Below, one piece after another: positions 1 to 9,034 of a stretch of 64,000 bases of DNA. Each line of letters opens with the position of its first letter. Position 1 is the stretch's first letter. The DNA lies in NCBI GenBank assembly GCA_902538495.1, contig CACBFJ010000004.1:5943-69942 (forward strand). Direction: 5' to 3'. The position numbers were made by a program, and so were the translations under genes. Source of the stretch: an uncultured Pelagibacteraceae bacterium. Its GTDB lineage: Bacteria > Pseudomonadota > Alphaproteobacteria > Pelagibacterales > Pelagibacteraceae. The notes beneath the pieces were generated by a model. The model searched no databases and was not told where the DNA came from. It worked only from the letters and a program-made list of their open reading frames with translations.

Positions 1-318
1 AAAATTGAGATTAAAGATGGTAAGTTAGAGGTGACAAGAGAAATAGATGAAGGTTTAGAAACAATAGAAATTAGTTTTCCAGCAATAGTAACTTGTGATC
101 TAAGATTAAACGAACCGAGGTATGCTTCGCTACCAAATATAATGAAAGCTAAAAAAAAACCTATTGAACAATTAAATGCGTCAGATTTAGGAGTGGATAT
201 AAGCCCAAGAGTCGAACAAATTAAAGTTGAAGAGCCTCCTAAAAGAAAAGCTGGTATAAAGGTATCAAGTGTATCTGAGCTGGTTCAGAAATTAAAAAAT
301 GAGGCTAAGGTAATTTAA
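1..318 (+). CDS. etfB: Electron transfer flavoprotein beta subunit (5'-truncated by window edge)
   Basis: C-terminal EtfB motif [21 protein letters not shown]; frame open from base 1; abuts etfA. Confidence 0.95.
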   Translation, partial: KIEIKDGKLEVTREIDEGLETIEISFPAIVTCDLRLNEPRYASLPNIMKAKKKPIEQLNASDLGVDISPRVEQIKVEEPPKRKAGIKVSSVSELVQKLKNEAKVI

Positions 319-1272
319 ATGTCAGTTTTATTAATTGCAGAACATAACAATAAAGAATTGAGGCCATTTACACTTAATGCAGCAACTGCAGCATCACATA
401 TAGATAATGATGTTCATGCTGTAATTATTGGACATAATTGTGAAGAAGCTGCTATAGCATTATCAAAATTAGAATTTGTTAAGAAAGTTATTCAAGTCGA
501 AGCAGCTTACTACGAGAATTTTGTTGCTGAAAATTTTGCACCAGTAATTGTAAAATTAGCTGGTAACTATTCACATATAATAAGTTCAGCAAACACTTTT
601 GGTAAAAATTTAATGCCTAGAATAGCTGCTGCTTTAGATACTTCTCAAATCAGTGATATAACTAAAGTTATTGCTCCCGACACCTTTTTGCGTCCAATTT
701 ATGCAGGAAATGCTTTTGCAACAGTAAAAAGTAAAGATACAAAAAAATGTGTAACAATAAGACCCACATCTTTTGATGCATGTGAAAGTACTGGTGGATC
801 AGCATCAATAGAAAAAGCTGAAGCAAGTGAGGAATTTTCAAAAACAAAGTTTGTCAAAAGAGAAGAAGTAAAATCGGATAGACCAGAGCTTGGTACTGCT
901 AGAGTTGTTGTATCAGGTGGAAGAGGAATGCAGAGTGGAGATAATTTTAAACTTATTACTTCTTTAGCTGATAAATTAAATGCAGCAATAGGAGCATCTA
1001 GAGCGGCAGTTGATGCTGGATATATAAGTAACGATCACCAAGTTGGTCAAACAGGTAAAGTTGTTGTCCCAGATCTATATATTGCTGTTGGTATCTCAGG
1101 CGCTATTCAGCATTTAGCAGGAATGAAAGAAAGTAAAGTAATAGTGGCAATAAACAAAGACGGAGAAGCACCAATTTTTAGTGTTGCGGACTATGGTCTT
1201 GAAGCCGATCTTTTTGAAGCAGTTCCTCAATTCTTAGAGGAATTGAACAAATTAAACACTATACAAAAATAA
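319..1272 (+). CDS. etfA: Electron transfer flavoprotein alpha subunit
   Basis: RPIYAGNA, VVSGGRG, GASRAAVDAG and QVGQTGK...YIAVGISGAIQHLAGMK signatures. Confidence 0.97.
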   Translation: MSVLLIAEHNNKELRPFTLNAATAASHIDNDVHAVIIGHNCEEAAIALSKLEFVKKVIQVEAAYYENFVAENFAPVIVKLAGNYSHIISSANTFGKNLMPRIAAALDTSQISDITKVIAPDTFLRPIYAGNAFATVKSKDTKKCVTIRPTSFDACESTGGSASIEKAEASEEFSKTKFVKREEVKSDRPELGTARVVVSGGRGMQSGDNFKLITSLADKLNAAIGASRAAVDAGYISNDHQVGQTGKVVVPDLYIAVGISGAIQHLAGMKESKVIVAINKDGEAPIFSVADYGLEADLFEAVPQFLEELNKLNTIQK

Positions 1273-1295
1273 TATAATCTGTAAAAAATTAAATT

Positions 1296-2915
1296 ATGTC
1301 CAGAGAGACAATGGAATATGATGTAGTGATTGTAGGTGGCGGTCCATCAGGCTTAGCTACAGCTATAAAGTTAAAACAATTAAACTCAGAATTAAATATT
1401 TGCTTGTTAGAAAAAGCATCAGAAATTGGTGCCCATATTTTAAGTGGAAATGTATTTGAAACAAGAGCTTTAGATGAATTGATTCCTAACTGGAGAGAAT
1501 TAAATTCACCCATTAAAACTAAAGTTACTAAAGAAAAATTTTTATTTTTAGGTAAAAACAAATCATTAAGTTGGCCAACATGGTTATTACCAGCAGTTCA
1601 AAAAAATCACAAAAATTATATTATTAGTCTTGCAAACTTATGTAGATGGCTTGCAGAACAAGCAGAAACCCTTGGCGTTGAAATTTTTCCTGGATTTCCA
1701 GCAAGCGAAATTTTATTTAATGAAGATGGTTCTGTAAAAGGTGTAGCAACTCAAGATATGGGTATTGATAAAGAAGGAAACAAAAAAGATAGTTTTGAGC
1801 CAGGTATCGATTTATTGGGAAAGGTTACTGTTTTTGCAGAGGGTTGTAGAGGTCATTTAGGAAAACAATTAATTAAAAGATTTGAACTTGATAAGGATAA
1901 AGACCCGCAACAATATGGAATAGGATTTAAAGAGATATGGGAAGTGGATGAAAAAAATCACCAAGAAGGTTTGGTAATGCATACTGCTGGATGGCCATTA
2001 GATAACAGTACTTACGGAGGAAGCTTTATTTATCACGCAGAAAAAAAACAAATATTTTTAGGTTATGTAATTGGTTTAGATTATCAAAATCCACACTTAT
2101 CTCCATTTGATGAATTTCAAAGATTCAAAACACATCCTGCGATAAGAAAAATAATTGAGGGTGGAAAAAGAATTTCTTATGGTGCTAGAGCTTTGATAGA
2201 AGGTGGTTTCCAAAGTTTGCCAAAAATGTTCATGCCTGGTGCATTATTGATTGGGTGTGATGCAGGTACTTTAAATATGCCTAAGATAAAAGGATCGCAT
2301 ACTGCAATGAAAAGTGGAATAATTGCAGCAGAAGCAATTAATGACCATTTGAAAGATAATAAAGAGCTATCAATTTTTGAGGAAAAATTAAAAAAAAGTT
2401 GGTTATACAAAGAACTATATGAAGCAAGAAATGTTAAGCCTAGTTTTAGTTGGGGCTTAATTTTGGGAATTATTTTTACTGGAATTGATCAAATTTTGTT
2501 TAGGGGTAAATTGCCGTTTACACTTAAACACAAACATGCTGACCATCAAACATTAAAACCAGCAAATAAAATGCCTAAAATTGACTATCCTAAGCCAGAT
2601 AACGTTATTACTTTTGATAAAACGAGTTCAGTTTATCTAACCGGCACAAACCATGTAGACAATCAACCTGTTCATTTAAAACTTAAAGATCCATCATTAC
2701 CAATTAACTATACATTAGATGAGTATGATGAACCGGCGCAAAGGTATTGTCCAGCAGGGGTATATGAAGTTCAAAAGGAGAATGGATCCAACAGATTTGT
2801 TATTAATTCTCAAAATTGTATTCATTGTAAAACTTGTGACATAAAAGAACCCTCTCAAAATATCACTTGGGTAACACCTGAAGGTGGAGGCGGCCCTAAA
2901 TATGGGAATATGTAA
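1296..2915 (+). CDS. ETF-ubiquinone oxidoreductase
   Basis: GGGPSG FAD motif, GAHILSG, KIKGSHTAMKSG, C-terminal 4Fe-4S motif YCPAGVY...NCIHCKTCD. Confidence 0.96.
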   Translation: MSRETMEYDVVIVGGGPSGLATAIKLKQLNSELNICLLEKASEIGAHILSGNVFETRALDELIPNWRELNSPIKTKVTKEKFLFLGKNKSLSWPTWLLPAVQKNHKNYIISLANLCRWLAEQAETLGVEIFPGFPASEILFNEDGSVKGVATQDMGIDKEGNKKDSFEPGIDLLGKVTVFAEGCRGHLGKQLIKRFELDKDKDPQQYGIGFKEIWEVDEKNHQEGLVMHTAGWPLDNSTYGGSFIYHAEKKQIFLGYVIGLDYQNPHLSPFDEFQRFKTHPAIRKIIEGGKRISYGARALIEGGFQSLPKMFMPGALLIGCDAGTLNMPKIKGSHTAMKSGIIAAEAINDHLKDNKELSIFEEKLKKSWLYKELYEARNVKPSFSWGLILGIIFTGIDQILFRGKLPFTLKHKHADHQTLKPANKMPKIDYPKPDNVITFDKTSSVYLTGTNHVDNQPVHLKLKDPSLPINYTLDEYDEPAQRYCPAGVYEVQKENGSNRFVINSQNCIHCKTCDIKEPSQNITWVTPEGGGGPKYGNM

Positions 2916-3293
2916 TTAAGACAAATCTATTGCAAATTTTTTTAAAGTTTCGATAGATAAAATTTTTAGAGTATTCTCATGTGTGCTTTTTAGATAAATT
3001 GGACAACCTTTACCAGCTTCGACAGCTCTAGCATACCAGGTGGCGCATACACACCATCCATCTCCATCTTTTAGACCAGGAAAACCGTATTCGGGATGTG
3101 GCGTAATTAAATCATTACCAGCTTCTTTACACCATTCTAAAAATTCAGTTGTTACTTTTGCACAAACAGTATGTAAACCCATATCATTTTCATCAGTGTT
3201 ACAACAGCCATCTCTATACCATCCAGTTAGGGGATCCAATGAACAATTTTCTAAATTTTCGCCTAAAACATTTTTTTGCATTGATTTACCCAA
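2916..3293 (-). CDS. DUF2237 family protein
   Basis: NVLGE.L..CS.DP.TG.YRDG.C, GNDL.TP and FPGLK.GD.WC.CA motifs; true start may be the second Met (MQKNV). Confidence 0.85.
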   Translation of the reverse strand: MGKSMQKNVLGENLENCSLDPLTGWYRDGCCNTDENDMGLHTVCAKVTTEFLEWCKEAGNDLITPHPEYGFPGLKDGDGWCVCATWYARAVEAGKGCPIYLKSTHENTLKILSIETLKKFAIDLS

Positions 3294-3918
3294 ATATATT
3301 AAAAATTTTATTATCTATAAGTCCATTGAATGAAATTGAGCGTCTTTCCTCTTTTGTTCCTTTAAAAGGATAAACAGTGTGCATCAAATAATGTGGAAAA
3401 AAGTAAAAGTCTCCAACCTTTGGTTCTATAGGAAACCTGCACTGGGACAAAAACATTCTATTTCCATGAATTAACTCTAAGTTCCCACCTCTGTAATCTT
3501 TTTTATTGTCTTGGAAATGTTTACCAAAAGTTTCTGGTAATTTTAAAAAACCAGCACCCGATATATGACCTGAATGCCAGTGTACCGGATTATATTCATT
3601 TTCAAATTGTCTGACAACCCAGGTTTCAATTAATTTAAATTCAGAGATTTTTTTTCCTGTATCCTTATAAATCCATTGTGCGACTGAGTCTCCTAGAAAT
3701 TTTAACCACCCACTTTCTTCAACAGTCTTTTTGTCTAATCTAAATTCTTGTTTAACGTCGCCAACAAGACCCTTACCAACATCTAGATTTTTTGATTGTT
3801 CTTTGTCTTCTATAGTATTATCAATAAATTTGTTTAGATGATTTAAAAGATCATCTGGAATTTTTACCTTAAAAATTGAAGGGCCGAAAATTCTAATTAA
3901 TCCATAGTCATAATTCAT
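3286..3918 (-). CDS. Putative 2OG-Fe(II) oxygenase (TIGR02466-like)
   Basis: WVVRQ..NEYNP.HWH...ISG, FFPHYLMHTVYP, RRSISFN. Confidence 0.8.
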   Translation of the reverse strand: MNYDYGLIRIFGPSIFKVKIPDDLLNHLNKFIDNTIEDKEQSKNLDVGKGLVGDVKQEFRLDKKTVEESGWLKFLGDSVAQWIYKDTGKKISEFKLIETWVVRQFENEYNPVHWHSGHISGAGFLKLPETFGKHFQDNKKDYRGGNLELIHGNRMFLSQCRFPIEPKVGDFYFFPHYLMHTVYPFKGTKEERRSISFNGLIDNKIFNIFG

Positions 3919-3948
3919 AATTATCTAATTATTAAAAAAAATATTTTA

Positions 3949-4590
3949 CTATTTTCCATAAACATTATAAACATCTTCATCTATGTCAGCATTGAACGAT
4001 ATAGACCTTCTCTCCTCATCTGAGTCTTTAAAAGGGTAAACTGTATGCATTAAGTAATTAGGAAAAAAATAAAATTCACCAATTTTAGGTGTAACTTTAA
4101 AACATGAATTACTTAAAAACTGCCTAGAACCATGAATTAATTCTAATCTGCCATTTGAATTTGATTTTTTATTTGATTGAGGTGAACTCCCAAAATTTTC
4201 AGGAACCTTTAAATAACCTACACCAGAAATATGACCAGAGTGCCAATGGGTGGGATTATATTCATTTTTAAACTGTCTAACAACCCAAGAGTCTCTCAAA
4301 GTAAAATTCTTTACAGGTTTACCGCTGCTTTTTTCTACCCAAGTTGAAACACAATTACCTAAAAATTTCATCCAACCTGAGGCCTCACAAAATGGTCTGT
4401 CTAATTTAAATTCTTGAGTAACTTCACCAGCCAAATTGTTTCCATGATCTAGAGCGATAGATTTTTTTTCGTCTTTTATTATATTGTCAACATAATCATT
4501 TAGTTTTATGATCATTTCATCTGGAATAATTGCTTTAGCTATGGATGGTCCAAAAGGCTTAGCAATTTGAATTTGAATATTATTATCCAT
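3949..4590 (-). CDS. Putative 2OG-Fe(II) oxygenase (TIGR02466-like), paralog of the adjacent gene
   Basis: Same motifs: NEYNPTHWHSGHISG, FPNYLMHTVYPF, RRSISFN. Confidence 0.8.
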   Translation of the reverse strand: MDNNIQIQIAKPFGPSIAKAIIPDEMIIKLNDYVDNIIKDEKKSIALDHGNNLAGEVTQEFKLDRPFCEASGWMKFLGNCVSTWVEKSSGKPVKNFTLRDSWVVRQFKNEYNPTHWHSGHISGVGYLKVPENFGSSPQSNKKSNSNGRLELIHGSRQFLSNSCFKVTPKIGEFYFFPNYLMHTVYPFKDSDEERRSISFNADIDEDVYNVYGK

Positions 4591-4593
4591 TAA

Positions 4594-5061
4594 TTAAATT
4601 TTTGTAGGATTAGGCTGTCCTTTATATACTTCTTCAGGGTCAAATTTTTTTTCTTTTTCTAAAAATTTCATTTTTACTTCTCTTCCATTATGAATTATCC
4701 CTAAAGGTATAGATCTATAAAAACAAGATCTATATCCAACATGACAGCTTGCTCCCTTACCAATATCAACAGTCAACCAAATTGAATCTTGATCATCATC
4801 AATTCTAATTTCTTTTACTTTTTGAACAAATCCACTAGTTTTACCTTTGTGCCAAATAGCTTTTCTTGATCTGCTAAAATAATGCGCCTCTTTAGTTTCA
4901 ATAGTTTTTTTTAAAGCTTCAACATTCATATAGCCATGCATAAGAATATCCTTAGTTTTATCGCACATTGTAATTACAGGAATTAAACCATCATTATCAA
5001 ATTTTGGAGAAAGAAGATTACCTTCTTCAATTTCAAGGACATTTTCTCTTTTTTTGAACAT
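4594..5061 (-). CDS. hisI: Phosphoribosyl-AMP cyclohydrolase
   Basis: GLIPVI, M.GYMN.EAL..T, SRSR..IWHKG.TSG, SCHVGYRSCF. Confidence 0.93.
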   Translation of the reverse strand: MFKKRENVLEIEEGNLLSPKFDNDGLIPVITMCDKTKDILMHGYMNVEALKKTIETKEAHYFSRSRKAIWHKGKTSGFVQKVKEIRIDDDQDSIWLTVDIGKGASCHVGYRSCFYRSIPLGIIHNGREVKMKFLEKEKKFDPEEVYKGQPNPTKI

Positions 5062-5137
5062 ATAAGGTAATTATGTAGCATAAATTTAGATATATTAAAT
5101 ATTTTAAAAATATAGATTAATAGGTATAAAACTTGCA

Positions 5138-5752
5138 ATGAAACTTGTTAAAAATAATAACGAAGAACAAAAAACTAAAATTGTATCCGATAAGGACGCT
5201 GAAGAAGCATTTAAAACAATTTTAAAATGGATAGGTGAGGATCCTCAAAGAGAAGGCTTATTGGAAACACCTAAAAGAGTTGTTAAAGCTTTTAAGGAAT
5301 ATTTCAAAGGATATAAAGAGGATCCAAATTTAGTATTGGATAAAACTTTCGGAGATGTCGAAGGCTATGATGATATGGTCGTTCAAAAAAATATATCAGT
5401 TCAAAGTCATTGCGAGCATCATATGGCACCAATAATTGGAAAAGCTCATGTAGCTTATATTCCAAGAGACAGGGTGGTAGGACTAAGCAAATTAGCAAGA
5501 GTTGTAGAAGTTTTTTCTAAAAGATTGCAAACACAAGAAAGATTAACTATGCAGATTGCGAATACACTTATGAAATCTTTAGATGCAAAAGGTGTGGCTG
5601 TTACTATCGATTCAACTCATCAGTGTATGACCATGAGGGGTATAAAAAAAGAGCAAGCTTCAACAGTAACGAATTATTACTTGGGTCAGTTCAAAGAGGA
5701 TCTAAGTTATCAAAATAGGTATTTAAGATTTATTAGCACCCAAAAAGAGTAA
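5138..5752 (+). CDS. folE: GTP cyclohydrolase I
   Basis: GEDP.REGL.ETP.RV, S.CEHH, GLSKLAR, RLQ.QERLT, H.CMTMRG. Confidence 0.96.
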   Translation: MKLVKNNNEEQKTKIVSDKDAEEAFKTILKWIGEDPQREGLLETPKRVVKAFKEYFKGYKEDPNLVLDKTFGDVEGYDDMVVQKNISVQSHCEHHMAPIIGKAHVAYIPRDRVVGLSKLARVVEVFSKRLQTQERLTMQIANTLMKSLDAKGVAVTIDSTHQCMTMRGIKKEQASTVTNYYLGQFKEDLSYQNRYLRFISTQKE

Positions 5753-5753
5753 A

Positions 5754-6755
5754 GTGTCTGATCAATTTAAAGCAATAATAATAAATCAAGAAGGTGATAA
5801 GTTCACAAGGGAAGTAAAATTAATTGATAAAAGTTTTTTAAAACATGGCGATGTTACTATCAAAGTAGATTACTCAGACTTAAATTTTAAAGATGGAATG
5901 ATCCTTAAAAATGGAGGAAGATTAGTTAAAGAATTTCCTCATATTCCTGGAATTGATTTTTCAGGTACAGTTTTAGAAAGTGAAAACTCAAAATTTAAAT
6001 CAGGTGACGAAGTAATTTTGACTGGTTTTAGAGTTGGGGAAATTTTTTACGGTGGTTATTCTCAAATTGCAAAAGTTAATGGAGATTTTTTGATAAAAAA
6101 ACCAAATAATTTAACGACAAAGCAAGCAATGATATTGGGCACGGCAGGTTTTACATCTCTAATGGCAGCATTTGCAATAAAGGCGAGAGAAGAAATTCTA
6201 CTAGGTGAAAAAGTAAAAAATGTTTTGGTAACAGGAGCATCTGGAGGAGTGGGTAGTATTGCTGTAATGATATTAAACAAGATGGGATACGAGGTTACTG
6301 CTGTATCTGGAAAAGAATCTAAAGCTGACTACTTGAAATCATTGGGTGCTAAAAACGTTATAAATAGGGCAGAATTTGATAAAGATCCAAAATTAATTGA
6401 TAAAGGTTTATGGGATGGAGTAGTTGATACAGTTGGCGGAAAAATTTTAGCCAATGCGATTGTCCAAACAAATTCTAATGGTATTATTGCGGTATGTGGT
6501 AATGCAAGCACGAATGAACTTAATACAAATGTAATCCCATTTATGTTAAGAGGAATAAAACTTTGGGGTATGGACTCTGCTAATTGTAGCATACGAAGAA
6601 GAGAATTCATTTGGGGGGAAGCTTCAAAATTAATTGATTTTGATTTATTAGAAAAATCTATTCAAAAGGTAAACTTGGAGGAGTTAATTGAAACTTATCC
6701 GAAGATATTGAAAGGTGAAATTTCAGGAAGAGTTTTAGTAGATTTGAATAAATAA
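5754..6755 (+). CDS. acuI: Acrylyl-CoA reductase AcuI/YhdH (MDR family)
   Basis: YS.LNFKD, PGIDFSG, AM.LGTAGFT, VTGASGGVGS, PF.LRG..L.G.DS. Confidence 0.88.
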   Translation: MSDQFKAIIINQEGDKFTREVKLIDKSFLKHGDVTIKVDYSDLNFKDGMILKNGGRLVKEFPHIPGIDFSGTVLESENSKFKSGDEVILTGFRVGEIFYGGYSQIAKVNGDFLIKKPNNLTTKQAMILGTAGFTSLMAAFAIKAREEILLGEKVKNVLVTGASGGVGSIAVMILNKMGYEVTAVSGKESKADYLKSLGAKNVINRAEFDKDPKLIDKGLWDGVVDTVGGKILANAIVQTNSNGIIAVCGNASTNELNTNVIPFMLRGIKLWGMDSANCSIRRREFIWGEASKLIDFDLLEKSIQKVNLEELIETYPKILKGEISGRVLVDLNK

Positions 6756-7648
6756 TGGATTGGGACAAATTAAAAATATTTCATGCAGTGGCTGAAGCTG
6801 GAAGTTTTACAAATGCAACAGTTAATTTAAATTTAAGTCAATCGGCTATTAGTCGGCAAATTCAATCATTAGAGCAAGATTTACAAGTTCAATTATTCGA
6901 AAGACATGCGAGAGGCCTTACCCTTACAGAAAATGGTGAGTACGTTTTTAAAACAGCTCATGAAGTCATAAGTAAATTAAAAGAGGTAGAAACCACCTTA
7001 GGGGATCAAAAAAACAAGCCAAGTGGAAAATTAACCATTACGACGGTAAGAAGTTTTGGTACTCATTGGTTAACACCAAGAATTCAAGAATTTATGAGAT
7101 TAAATCCTGATATAGAGATTGAGCTTATTTTTGAGGATAAAGAGCTAGATTTAAGTACCAGACAAGCAGATATTGGCATTTTTATGCGAAGACCAAAACA
7201 ATTAAACTATATTCAAAAAAAATTGGTAGATTTGAAATATTATATTTATGGTTCTAACAGGTATTTAGAGAAAAACGGCATGCCTAAGTCAATAAATGAC
7301 TTAAACAAACATAAATTTATTTCTTTTGGGAGAGGAGCTCCTTCTCCAGTTTATAATCCAGATTGGGTATTAAAATTAGGGATGCCTGAGGGCAAAAAAA
7401 GAAAACCAATTATGAAGGTAAATAGTGTAATGGGTCTATTACTTGCTGTTGAAACGGGTGTTGGATTAGCCGCTCTACCTGAATATTTAGTAAATGACTC
7501 AAATAAAGTAATTAAAGTTTTACCTAAATCTGAGGGACCAATAACAGAAGCTCATTTCGTATATCCTCAATCACTAAAAAATACCGCAAGAGTTCAAGCT
7601 TTTAGAAATTTTTTATTTAGCAAAATAGGCGACTGGAAATCGTCATAG
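6755..7648 (+). CDS. LysR-family regulator, LsrB/VtlR-like
   Basis: N-terminus DWDKLKIFHAVAEAGSFT...LSQSAISRQI..LE...LF.RHARGL.LTE.GE is typical of alphaproteobacterial LsrB/VtlR. Confidence 0.88.
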   Translation: MDWDKLKIFHAVAEAGSFTNATVNLNLSQSAISRQIQSLEQDLQVQLFERHARGLTLTENGEYVFKTAHEVISKLKEVETTLGDQKNKPSGKLTITTVRSFGTHWLTPRIQEFMRLNPDIEIELIFEDKELDLSTRQADIGIFMRRPKQLNYIQKKLVDLKYYIYGSNRYLEKNGMPKSINDLNKHKFISFGRGAPSPVYNPDWVLKLGMPEGKKRKPIMKVNSVMGLLLAVETGVGLAALPEYLVNDSNKVIKVLPKSEGPITEAHFVYPQSLKNTARVQAFRNFLFSKIGDWKSS

Positions 7649-7665
7649 CCTGCGACACTATTGCG

Positions 7666-7700
7666 ATTGATAATCATTATCAATGAGAATAGTTCTCATT
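7666..7700. promoter_or_regulatory. Two overlapping Fur-box-like palindromes upstream of the Fe(III) ABC operon
   Basis: ATTGATAAT-C-ATTATCAAT (7666-7684, perfect 9-1-9) and AATGAGAA-TAG-TTCTCATT (7682-7700); contains the Fur core GATAATCATTATC. Confidence 0.85.
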
Positions 7701-7744
7701 CTCATTAAGAATCATGCGGAAGAACATAAAAAAACGGAGAATAT

Positions 7745-8776
7745 ATGAGGAATGTAATATCAACATTTACGTTAGTCCTCTCGATAATTGCATCATCATT
7801 CGCAATTGCAGAAGAGGTTAATGTTTTTAACGCAAGACACTATAAAGCAGACTCTGAACTTTATTCAAAATTTACAAATAAGACTGGAATTAAAGTCAAT
7901 TTGATAAACGGAAAATCGGGTGCTTTAGAAAAAAGAATAATAAGTGAGGGTGCAGACTCTTCTGCTGATCTATACATTACGGCAGATGCAGGTAGATGTG
8001 GTGCCATGGATGCAAAAGGTACACTTCAAGGTGGTCTAAAGTCTAAAGCTATTAAAGATGCAGTTCCAAAAAGTTTTAGAACAAACAAGTGGGTTGGAAT
8101 CGCAAAAAGAGCTAGGATAATTTATTATTCACCTGAAAGAGTTACTGGTGCAGAATTATCTGGAATGACTTATGAGGGTTTAGCTGATCCCAAGTGGAGA
8201 GGTAGGCTGGTAATAAGAAAATCAAGTAACATTTATAATAAATCTCTTGTTGCTTCATTAATTAAAAATAATGGAAAAGCTGCAACAGCCGCATGGGCGG
8301 AAGGAGTTGTTGCTAATATGGCAAGAACACCGACAGGCAATGATAGAGCACAAATAATGGCAGTAGCAGCTGGTGAGGCTGATATTGCTGTAGCTAACAC
8401 ATACTACTTAGCTTTGATGTTATCAGGTAAAAAGGGTACAGAACAACAAGAGGCTGCAAAAAAAGTTAAAGCGTTCTTTCCTAATCAAAATGATAGAGGA
8501 ACACACATGAACGTAAGTTGCGCAGCTCTAGTAAAAGGTGCTCCTAACAAAAGCAACGCTGTTAAACTCGTAGAGTTTTTATTAACTCCAGTGTCTCAAG
8601 AGCATTTTACAAATAATACTTTTGAGTTTCCAATGATTGACGGTGTTTCGCCAAGTCCATTAGTAGTTAATAACTTAGGGTTAGATTTCAAACAAGACAT
8701 GAAAACTAATCTCGCTTCTTATGGAAAAAATCAAGCTGATGCAGTGGAAGTAATGACGGCTGCTGGTTGGAAGTAA
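7745..8776 (+). CDS. Fe(III) ABC transporter periplasmic binding protein (FutA/FbpA type)
   Basis: Signal peptide; V..ARHY..D, ADL.ITADAG, S.NIYN.SL, GNDRAQI, NTYY Tyr pair. Confidence 0.93.
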   Translation: MRNVISTFTLVLSIIASSFAIAEEVNVFNARHYKADSELYSKFTNKTGIKVNLINGKSGALEKRIISEGADSSADLYITADAGRCGAMDAKGTLQGGLKSKAIKDAVPKSFRTNKWVGIAKRARIIYYSPERVTGAELSGMTYEGLADPKWRGRLVIRKSSNIYNKSLVASLIKNNGKAATAAWAEGVVANMARTPTGNDRAQIMAVAAGEADIAVANTYYLALMLSGKKGTEQQEAAKKVKAFFPNQNDRGTHMNVSCAALVKGAPNKSNAVKLVEFLLTPVSQEHFTNNTFEFPMIDGVSPSPLVVNNLGLDFKQDMKTNLASYGKNQADAVEVMTAAGWK

Positions 8777-8778
8777 CA

Positions 8779-8949
8779 ATGAGAGAAAGAAAGAAATTTA
8801 TATCAGATATTGATTACAATAAATCTTCTAAGGCATGTTCACCATGTAATTTAGAGTGTAAAAAAATCGATAAAAGAGTAAATAATAGAAAACTTTCAGA
8901 ATTAAGTGCTAAGGAGGTTCCGCATATCCTAAAAGTATTTGATCTTTAA
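8779..8949 (+). CDS. 56-aa hypothetical protein with CxxCxxxC
   Basis: ATG 2 nt after the binding-protein stop; MRERKK...ACSPCNLECKK; co-oriented inside the operon. Confidence 0.55.
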   Translation: MRERKKFISDIDYNKSSKACSPCNLECKKIDKRVNNRKLSELSAKEVPHILKVFDL

Positions 8950-8959
8950 ATTTTCTGGA

Positions 8960-8999
8960 GTGCTCGTACTTTGACTGAGAAGATGCTCAGTACGGGCAC
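8960..8999 (+). other. GC-rich intercistronic stem-loop
   Basis: GTGCTCGTA/TACGGGCAC outer stem (one G-U) and CTGAG/CTCAG inner stem; no U-tract. Confidence 0.65.
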
Positions 9000-9034
9000 A
9001 AATACTTTCATGTTTATAAGGCGGATTATGAATT

